In this document: positions 27,146 to 34,001 of the stretch, one piece after another
How the letters are laid out: each line of letters starts with the position of its first letter
Position numbering within the stretch: position 1 is the stretch's first letter
NCBI GenBank assembly: GCA_031425655.1
Contig: JANPJS010000196.1
Coordinates: 1 to 36,883 of the forward strand
Length of the DNA stretch: 36,883 bases
Direction: 5' to 3'
DNA from: Abditibacteriaceae bacterium
GTDB lineage: Bacteria; Armatimonadota; Abditibacteriia; Abditibacteriales; Abditibacteriaceae
Position numbers and translations under genes: made by a program
The notes under the pieces: model-generated
The model's database searches: none
The model's input: only the letters and a program-made list of their open reading frames with translations
What the model was told of the DNA's origin: nothing

Positions 27146-27979
27146 ATGACCACGCTTCATGTTTCTGCTCATGGTCTGCGCCGCGAGGAAACTGCGGGTT
27201 TTATCATCGACAGGCCTTATGGTTTAGGTAATTTTTTGCTGGTGCGTTTTCACTCGCCGATGGAAGTGCTGACAGGCCAGGGCTTAGTCTTAGCCGAGCC
27301 GGGTTGCTGCGTTCTTTTTTCGCCGGGACACCCGCACTGGTATCGCGGACGGGCAGGCGCCTGGGTCAACGATTGGATGCATCTCGAAGGCGGAGCCGTC
27401 GCTGAAATGGCGGCGCATTATACTTTGCCTCTGGACACGCTATTGGCCTGCGGCGACACACGCTTTTTGCCGCGAATATTTGAGGAGATTGCGCACGAGC
27501 AGCACCATGCCGAAGACAATTGGGAAGAAGCTGTCGAATTACTGGTGCGCCAACTTTTGTTGAAGCTGGGGCGCTCGCTCGGTGATTCGGCAAGACGCTT
27601 TTCGCCTGCCGAAGCCCAGCATCTCCCAGCGTTGCGCGCCCTGCGGCGACAGGTTCACGAGCAACTGGCGAGGCGTTGGACAGTGGGCGAAATGGCCGCG
27701 AAAATTGGCCTCAGTCCATCACGCTTTGCGGCGTTGTATCAACGCTTTTTTGCCATCAGCCCTATAAACGACTTGTTGCGCGCTCGTTTGCAGCACGCCG
27801 AAAACCTGTTGACAAACCGCGCCATGTCCGTGAGCGAAGCGGCCCGGCAGAGCGGCTTCGCAAGCGTGCATTATTTTAGTCGCGTGTTTCATCAACGCAT
27901 CGGCTGCGCGCCAAGTGACTACCACCGGCGTGGCAAACCTCAACTGCTACAGTCAGCTAAAGATCGCGGCGGGCCTTAG
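27146..27979 (+). CDS. AraC-family transcriptional regulator
   Basis: N-terminal cupin-like ligand domain (WMHLEG); C-terminal double HTH (WTVGEMA...LSPSRF...SGFASVHYFSRVF...GCAPSDY). Confidence 0.95.
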   Translation: MTTLHVSAHGLRREETAGFIIDRPYGLGNFLLVRFHSPMEVLTGQGLVLAEPGCCVLFSPGHPHWYRGRAGAWVNDWMHLEGGAVAEMAAHYTLPLDTLLACGDTRFLPRIFEEIAHEQHHAEDNWEEAVELLVRQLLLKLGRSLGDSARRFSPAEAQHLPALRALRRQVHEQLARRWTVGEMAAKIGLSPSRFAALYQRFFAISPINDLLRARLQHAENLLTNRAMSVSEAARQSGFASVHYFSRVFHQRIGCAPSDYHRRGKPQLLQSAKDRGGP

Positions 27980-28055
27980 TGAGCCGTCGTGTCGCACCAT
28001 GCCGAAATAACCTACTCAAAGCCGACGATGATTAAAGCGGCGAATAGAGCATATT

Positions 28056-28238
28056 TCATAAGCCAAGTAGCTTAAGGTGTTTTAGCTTGGACTCGGATGC
28101 GTCCAGATCAGGCAACAGTGCGCCAAACGCCGCGAAAGCGGCCAAAGTGCCGAAATCATAGCGCATAATTTCAGGCGGCAAAGGTGCGAGAATCCAGAGT
28201 GCGCTAACTCCGAAAAACGCATGAGTCGGCCACGTCAT
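28056..28238 (-). pseudogene. Truncated YdjM-like metal-dependent membrane hydrolase
   Basis: MTWPTH...GALLPDLD N-terminal motifs with a GAGG RBS; stops after 60 aa, before the HRGxTHS motif. Confidence 0.7.
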
Positions 28239-28405
28239 ACCACCTCTTTCTTCAAAGCCTTATTACCAAAGGAAATGGCTCCGCACTTCGGCTCGATGGA
28301 TTCTGAACCTAAAAACAGGAAAGTTTCTTCGATTTGCAAGTCAATTCCGGCGAAGAAAAACTCGAACCAAATTGGTTCGACATTACGATGGCGCGGGCAG
28401 TCTTT

Positions 28406-29200
28406 CTATACATTTAGGCCGAACTTGTCCGTGCCTTCGGATGCGGACATTTGTGTTTTCGGCAAGTCATCTTCCGTGAGATTGTAAAACGACAGTTCCC
28501 CTAAGCCGTCTGACCGCCATTCGATGCCCGCGAAAACCAGCCGTAAAAGCTGCTGTAATTCATGCGGTGTCAGTTCATCGGCGACCGCCGCTGCATTGCA
28601 TAATGCTGTCCACAACGCGGCGGCATCGAAGCCGTCAGCCTGCGGCACTAACTGTTCCGTCAGGCAGCGCCGTTGCGCTTGCAGCCGGTCACGTTCCGCT
28701 TTAAGGGCATTGGCCCTGTCGTTCAACATTTCCAAAAGTGCGTCGCCTACGTTGCCGGAACTAATGGACTCGACCAGTTTTTCGCTTTGGCGCTGATTCT
28801 CCCGCAGTCCGGCATTGGTCAAGGCCAGTTCATCCGTCATCGGCTTTGACGACTGAACGTAATTATGCCACGCCTGTGTGATGGCCTGCGCCAGTGTTTC
28901 CAGCGACGCCGCCAAGCCGTGCAGCAATTCTATAACGGAGGATTCGACCTCACCCGCCGGAACACGATTCCGGTGGTCACACTGCGAACCATCCCTTTTT
29001 GCCCGCGAACCATGATAATACCGATAAAAGTTCACAGCAAGGCGACGCTTGGCCGGCTTTTTCTTGGTGTCATCGGGCGACATGGGATGACCACAGTGAG
29101 CGCATTGCATAATCCCATGTAACACGAACCGATGCCCGGTTTGGTTGTCGCCATAGTGCCTTAAACGGCAGGAGTTGATAGAGTGGGATAAAGCCTCCTG
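28406..29200 (-). pseudogene. Large serine recombinase, C-terminal remnant (Zn ribbon plus coiled coil; catalytic domain missing)
   Basis: QEAL...FVLHGIMQCAHCGHPM...YRYY...CDHRNRVPAGEVE, coiled coil, LQQLLRLVFAGIEW. An in-frame stop just upstream (~29216-29218) and no resolvase domain. Confidence 0.8.
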
Positions 29201-29240
29201 TTTGCTTTTTCGTGGTTAGGGGTAAAAAACCCGCTGACCC

Positions 29241-29269
29241 TTGCCAGAAACGCCAATTTTCGCTATCTT
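29241..29269 (+). promoter_or_regulatory. Sigma70-like promoter of tRNA-His
   Basis: TTGCCA-17 bp-TATCTT, ending 12 bp upstream of the tRNA. Confidence 0.65.
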
Positions 29270-29281
29270 TTCTTTGCACAT

Positions 29282-29359
29282 GGCGGATATAGCTCAGCTG
29301 GTTAGAGCGCTAGATTGTGACTCTAGAGGTCGTGGGTTCGAGTCCCATTATTCGCCCCA
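29282..29359 (+). tRNA. tRNA-His (GUG)
   Basis: Cloverleaf: G-1, acceptor GCGGATA/TATTCGC, C73, encoded CCA; anticodon arm CTAGA-TTGTGAC-TCTAG; T arm GTGGG-TTCGAGT-CCCAT. Confidence 0.97.
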
Positions 29360-29362
29360 AAC

Positions 29363-29398
29363 AAAAGCGGGAGTCCTGAATTCAGGACTCCCGCTTTT
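29363..29398. terminator. Bidirectional terminator (perfect 36-bp palindrome)
   Basis: AAAAGCGGGAGTCCTGAA|TTCAGGACTCCCGCTTTT between the convergent tRNA and S41 genes. Confidence 0.88.
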
Positions 29399-29412
29399 TC
29401 GTTTCAAATTTT

Positions 29413-30807
29413 TCAATTCGGGCGTGCCGCGACGGCTGCACCTGCTACGCCGGCTTTCTCCTTGATCAAGGCAATCGCCTTGTTCAATTGCTCGCCGCGT
29501 CCGGTGGCGTCGTCTTCGGTCGAAGCTTTCACCACAACGTCGGGCGCGATACCCTTTTCGCTGATGTCGCGCTTGGCCGGCGTCAGATATTTCGCGGTTG
29601 TGATGACAAGAGCGCCGCCGTTTTTCAAGTCAACCAAGACTTGCACGCTGGCTTTGCCATACGAATGTTCGCCGACAACGGTCGCCAAACCCTTGTCTTT
29701 CAAAGCGCCCGTGATGATCTCCGCCGCCGACGCGCTGTAATTGTTAATCAGCACGATAATCGGCATTTTCAGGTTGAGAAAGCGTCCACTTTCGGCGTTG
29801 AGCGAGCGTTCCTGCCCGGTGCGTTCGCGCGTATAAACAATCGGCCCGGTTTGCACGAAACGGCTGCCGATGTCTACGGCTACGTCCAGCAAACCGCCGG
29901 GATTGTTACGCAGGTCGAGAATGATGCCTTTGGCGGGGCCGGCGCCGTCCGGGCCTTTTTGCGCCGTTTGCAGCGCTTTGGTCATTTCGGCATCGCTTTT
30001 CTTATTGAATTCATCAAGGCGCAGCCAGGCGATGCGGTCGGGCAGCCAGTCGAGATGGACGGGATGCACTTCGATGATCTCGCGCAGCAGCGTGATTTCA
30101 AAAACCTTGTAAGCGTTTTCCGGCTTGACGGTTTTATCGGTCGAGCGGCGCTCGATTTTCAGTTTCACCGGTGTTCCCCGGTCACCTTGAATAAAGGCCA
30201 CAGTGGCCTCCACGCTCATGTCGGCGGTGGAACGGCCATTGATTTCAAGAATTACGTCATTTTTCATCACACCGGCTTTGATGGCAGGGCCGCCCTCCAG
30301 CGGCTCTACGACATAAGGCCGCGAAACATTGAAAGGCTTAGAGGCCGGACTGCCCATGTAATCGTCTTTGATGTCAATGCGCGCTCCAATTCCGGTGAAT
30401 TCTGCCTCGTTGCCCTTGTTAAATTCCTCGTATTCTTTAGGTGTCATAAAGCGCGTGAAGCGGTCGCCGAGCGAGCGAAGCATCCCGCGAATCGCGCCAT
30501 AGGTGATTTCCGTGTCATCCACTTCGGTCTTGACGAAGTTTTCTTTAATGGCACGACGCACTTCCTGCAAAGTTTCGTAAGGCTTGAGGTCGGGCTTGTA
30601 GGTTTTCGGCCCCGCGGCGCCGGCTGTGCTGCCGGCAAAACGCTCGAAAACATCCGCCGACGCGGTGCGCAGAGCCGGAATCAACGGAGCGTCGGTTTTT
30701 TCGCGCACTTGATAGCCGGCGCCAAAGGCAACGCTCATCGCCAAAACGAGCATCAGAATTGTGCCGGCGCGCCCACGATTGGGCTGGTTAAGAGGTGATT
30801 CGTTCAT
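29413..30807 (-). CDS. ctpA: Carboxyl-terminal processing protease (S41A, PDZ)
   Basis: GIGA (PDZ), DLRNNPGGLL, SASAAEI, SYGKASVQ, GIAPD. Start at ATG 30807 after AGGAG. Confidence 0.93.
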   Translation of the reverse strand: MNESPLNQPNRGRAGTILMLVLAMSVAFGAGYQVREKTDAPLIPALRTASADVFERFAGSTAGAAGPKTYKPDLKPYETLQEVRRAIKENFVKTEVDDTEITYGAIRGMLRSLGDRFTRFMTPKEYEEFNKGNEAEFTGIGARIDIKDDYMGSPASKPFNVSRPYVVEPLEGGPAIKAGVMKNDVILEINGRSTADMSVEATVAFIQGDRGTPVKLKIERRSTDKTVKPENAYKVFEITLLREIIEVHPVHLDWLPDRIAWLRLDEFNKKSDAEMTKALQTAQKGPDGAGPAKGIILDLRNNPGGLLDVAVDIGSRFVQTGPIVYTRERTGQERSLNAESGRFLNLKMPIIVLINNYSASAAEIITGALKDKGLATVVGEHSYGKASVQVLVDLKNGGALVITTAKYLTPAKRDISEKGIAPDVVVKASTEDDATGRGEQLNKAIALIKEKAGVAGAAVAARPN

Positions 30808-30981
30808 GCTTCTCCTGCGTGCTATGCTTCGTGCCGCAAAAGTTTGCATGGCCGAAAATCATCGCACGGGTTACTCCAAATTTTAGCAATTGCGAGGCGG
30901 TTTGAATAGCAAAAGCGTGCAAAACCGTCCGGCTTCAGACGTGAAGCGCCCACCCTCGTTGCCTGATTCTGACGTGCCTTA

Positions 30982-31185
30982 GAAGCTGTCTGAGAATTCG
31001 TCAAAACCTCAAATCGAATATTTTTCAATAGGACGCGGAGCTTCGCTACGCGGAAACGGCTTTGATTTTAGCGGTTTTAACGAACGAAATCCGCGAAAAT
31101 CCGCGCATGAAATCTGCGCAGCGAAGCTCCGCGTCCTATTGAAAGCGGCTCAACTCAGGATTGATAGTTATTCTCAGACAGCTTC
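30982..31185. mobile_element. MITE (204 bp) with 16-bp TIRs and a TTA target duplication, IS5-family-like
   Basis: GAAGCTGTCTGAGAAT (30982-30997) and ATTCTCAGACAGCTTC (31170-31185); TTA on both flanks; internal 32-bp inverted repeat at 31023-31054 and 31113-31144. Confidence 0.8.
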
Positions 31186-32631
31186 TTAGCGTCCGCGAAG
31201 ATAGCGTTTTGGATTAACCGGTTTGCCGTTTTTGCGCACCTCGAAGTGCAAATGCGAGCCGGTGCTCCAGCCTGTCGAGCCGACGTTGCCGATATATTGC
31301 CCGGCGTTCACGTTTTGACCGGCGGCCACGCTCAGCTTGCTGGCGTGGCCGTAAAGTGTGCAAACCCCGTCGCCGTGATCCACGATAACCGTGTTGCCAT
31401 AGGCCTTTTTCCAGCCGGCCCACAGCACGGTGCCCCGCCGCGCGGCGCGAAACGGCGCGCCGTGTTTGGCGGCTACGTCGTCGCCCGTGTGCAACTTCCG
31501 ACGCTGCAAAATCGGGTGAAAACGCATTCCAAAGCGCGAACTTAAGCGCCCACGCACCGGCATTGCCCACGCAGACGAGCTTTCGTTGCCGTGGTCGTGC
31601 CCCTCGTGCCCGGATTCGGTGGAAAGGCTGTCGCGCAAAGTGCCGCCGTCGGCGGAATCGGCGGGGCGCATCGCGTTGTAATACGCCACTTCACGAATCG
31701 GCATCGGCGCCAGATTGCTGCCCGAAAGCGGTGCCACGCCACGCTCGGCGCGGCGCCCGCGAAAGCGCGAGGCACGCGGCACAAACGCCCGGCGCGACTG
31801 CGCTTGCTGGGCGGCCAGAGCAGCTCGGCGTGCGGAAAGCTCTCCGATCATGCCTTCGATTTCGCGCGCCGATTGATCCTGAGCGTTGGCGTAAGACAGC
31901 AAAGCGAAGCGATTGGAATTCAATTCCCGTAGCGCGTGTTCCTGCTGCGCGGCGACCGAAGCGACACGCCTAAGCTGACGGTTGGCCGACGAAGCAAGCT
32001 GGCGGCGCTCGTTCCACTGGGCCATCAGGATGTTCTGTGTGCGCTCCAATTCCTCGCGGTCGGCTTGAAGCTGCTCTTTGAGATCGGCGTCGCGCGCGGC
32101 CACGCTGTTGAAATAATAAGCGCGGCGCGAAAGTTCGGTCAGGCTGCGTGCGCTGAGCATGAGCTGCAAATAACCCAGACGCCCGGTGCGCTGCATGGCC
32201 GCCAAACGCTGTCCCAGCAAATGCCGATGCGCATCGTAGCGTTTGGTCGCAACCTGCACGCGACGCTGCGTGATCACGATTTTCGCTTCGGTGCGGCGTA
32301 GTTGATGCGAAAGGTTTTCATGAACAGCCGTGGCCCGCAGGAACTCCCTTTGCGCGTCTTCGAGGCGATCCGCGATGGTGTTGGCCTGCCTTCCCATCGA
32401 AGCGGCGCGTCCACGCGCGCCCGCCGCCGCGTTGTGCTTTTCGGCGCGTTCGCCCCACAGCGAGCCGATAGCGTCACGAATGCGACTCAGAACTCCGGCC
32501 TGCACCGGCAGGACAAACCCGCTGCTGATGACAATCGTCGTCGCGGCAACAAAGAGCCACCGAAACGAACGGCGCGAGCGAGGCACAGATGCAACAAGCG
32601 AGGTTTCGCGGCGAAGAAAATGTTTAGACAT
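31186..32631 (-). CDS. M23-family peptidase with N-terminal coiled coil (EnvC/MepM-like)
   Basis: Long coiled coil; SSRFGMRFHPI, HTGDD (HxxxD), YGNTV, STGSHLHFEVR (HxH). Start uncertain. Confidence 0.92.
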   Translation of the reverse strand: MSKHFLRRETSLVASVPRSRRSFRWLFVAATTIVISSGFVLPVQAGVLSRIRDAIGSLWGERAEKHNAAAGARGRAASMGRQANTIADRLEDAQREFLRATAVHENLSHQLRRTEAKIVITQRRVQVATKRYDAHRHLLGQRLAAMQRTGRLGYLQLMLSARSLTELSRRAYYFNSVAARDADLKEQLQADREELERTQNILMAQWNERRQLASSANRQLRRVASVAAQQEHALRELNSNRFALLSYANAQDQSAREIEGMIGELSARRAALAAQQAQSRRAFVPRASRFRGRRAERGVAPLSGSNLAPMPIREVAYYNAMRPADSADGGTLRDSLSTESGHEGHDHGNESSSAWAMPVRGRLSSRFGMRFHPILQRRKLHTGDDVAAKHGAPFRAARRGTVLWAGWKKAYGNTVIVDHGDGVCTLYGHASKLSVAAGQNVNAGQYIGNVGSTGWSTGSHLHFEVRKNGKPVNPKRYLRGR

Positions 32632-33015
32632 AGCGAAATCGCGGGACTCAGGCGTTAAACAGCAATTAACAAGTGAGTTGATTTTATCTAAACCGCTCAC
32701 CTTACGCACGGTGCTATGCCTCCATGGTTTTTCAACGGGAAGGCGAGAAGAGATTTGAGTGCTGTGGACGGGCGGACATCCACATTATCTGTTGGGTTTG
32801 CGCTTGGATATTGAATGAGGGCTGTGTTCAAGCCGCTTTTTCGCCTCGTCAACGCTCTCAACACTTCCCGACTTCCCGTTCTTTCCGTCGAAAGCGGTGA
32901 GACCGCGTAAGGGGGGTAAACCGAACGCCGACGAAAACTATTTTTCGGCGCAACGCCGGACACTTTTGGCAAGCTGCGTTAAGATTCGATAAGAACTTTG
33001 CGAAAGGAACTCATT

Positions 33016-33672
33016 ATGCAACGAAAAATTATGCTGCGTAACGCAGCCGGACTGAGCTTATTAGCCTTAGCAGGCTGCGGCTCACAGCCCGAAGAACCGG
33101 CTGCGGTATCCACCACGACCACAACCGTCATCACCGCGCCGACAAGCGCACCGTCTACGGTCGTCGTGCGCTCGGCGCCGCCGATTGTCGTGTCGGGAGG
33201 CGACAAAACGGCCCCGCCGACCAAAATGGCGGCCAAACCGACGGCCAAACCAGTTGTCGTCGTCAAACCGACGCTGGCACCCAAAAAGACAGCGCCCCCG
33301 AAAGTGACTGCGTCGTCTGCGGGAAAGCTCGGCCCAATTCCCAAAAGCACGACAATTCTGATCTCCGAAGACATGAAAATCGGCGTCGGCCCGGAAGCGC
33401 AAGCCGGCAAAAAAGTCATCGTGCATTACACCGGCACACTCACCGACGGCACCAAGTTCGATTCGTCGCTGGATCGCGGCACGCCCTTCGATTTCACACT
33501 TGGCGCGCAGCAAGTCATTGCCGGCTGGGATCAGGGCGTGGCTGGCATGAAAGTCGGCGGCAAACGCCGTCTTATTATCCCTTCTGATATGGCCTACGGC
33601 CCCAGCGGTCAAGGCTCCATTCCGCCCGATGCCACGCTGGTTTTCACCGTCGAGCTTCTTGGCGTGGAATAA
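33016..33672 (+). CDS. FKBP-type peptidyl-prolyl isomerase lipoprotein
   Basis: Lipobox LAGC, Pro/Thr/Lys-rich linker, [25 protein letters not shown]. Confidence 0.95.
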   Translation: MQRKIMLRNAAGLSLLALAGCGSQPEEPAAVSTTTTTVITAPTSAPSTVVVRSAPPIVVSGGDKTAPPTKMAAKPTAKPVVVVKPTLAPKKTAPPKVTASSAGKLGPIPKSTTILISEDMKIGVGPEAQAGKKVIVHYTGTLTDGTKFDSSLDRGTPFDFTLGAQQVIAGWDQGVAGMKVGGKRRLIIPSDMAYGPSGQGSIPPDATLVFTVELLGVE

Positions 33673-33696
33673 AGCTTAACGGGCGGGGCTTGCGCC

Positions 33697-33853
33697 CAAT
33701 GGCATTAAGTTAAGCGATGAAGAAGCGTAACTCCCCTCCCTCCGGGAGGGGTTGGGGGAGGGCAAGACGGCGGCTTTGCCGCCGTCAACCCCCACCTAAC
33801 CTCCCCCGTAGGGGAGGAACTACGCGTCGGAACGCCTTAACTTAATGCCATTG
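33697..33853. mobile_element. MITE (157 bp) with perfect 18-bp TIRs and a 10-bp target duplication, IS4-family-like
   Basis: CAATGGCATTAAGTTAAG (33697-33714) and CTTAACTTAATGCCATTG (33836-33853); GGCTTGCGCC on both flanks (33687-33696, 33854-33863). An extra right-TIR copy lies at 33903-33920. Confidence 0.82.
33724..33825. repeat. Inverted doublet of a C/G-tract REP-like repeat inside the MITE
   Basis: GCGTAACTCCCCTCCCTCCGGGAGGGGTTGGGGGAGGG and an inverted copy flank a GACGGCGGC-TTT-GCCGCCGTC hairpin. Confidence 0.75.
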
Positions 33854-33953
33854 GGCTTGCGCCTCCTTCCAAACAAAGCCGGGCTTTGAAAAACCCGGCG
33901 TTCTCAACTTAATGCCATTGGGCTATCGCCCAAAACCTACTCCTAAAAAACAG

Positions 33954-33988
33954 AAAAGGAGCGTTGCTTAAAGCAACGCTCCTTTTTT
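33954..33988. terminator. Bidirectional intrinsic terminator
   Basis: AAAAGGAGCGTTGCT-TAA-AGCAACGCTCCTTTTTT between convergent genes. Confidence 0.88.
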
Positions 33989-34001
33989 GTTTTAGGCTTG
34001 G

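Noticed and set aside
28406..29125. Active integrase or prophage
   Set aside because: The catalytic domain is absent and no phage genes are present.
32710..33000. ncRNA or small ORF (32697-32972) in the divergent intergenic region
   Set aside because: No recognisable RNA family or protein motif; probably promoter DNA.
33697..33930. Possible CRISPR array from the repeated AACTTAATGCCATTGGGCT
   Set aside because: Only two direct copies plus one inverted copy, a target duplication is present and there are no cas genes; better explained as MITE ends.
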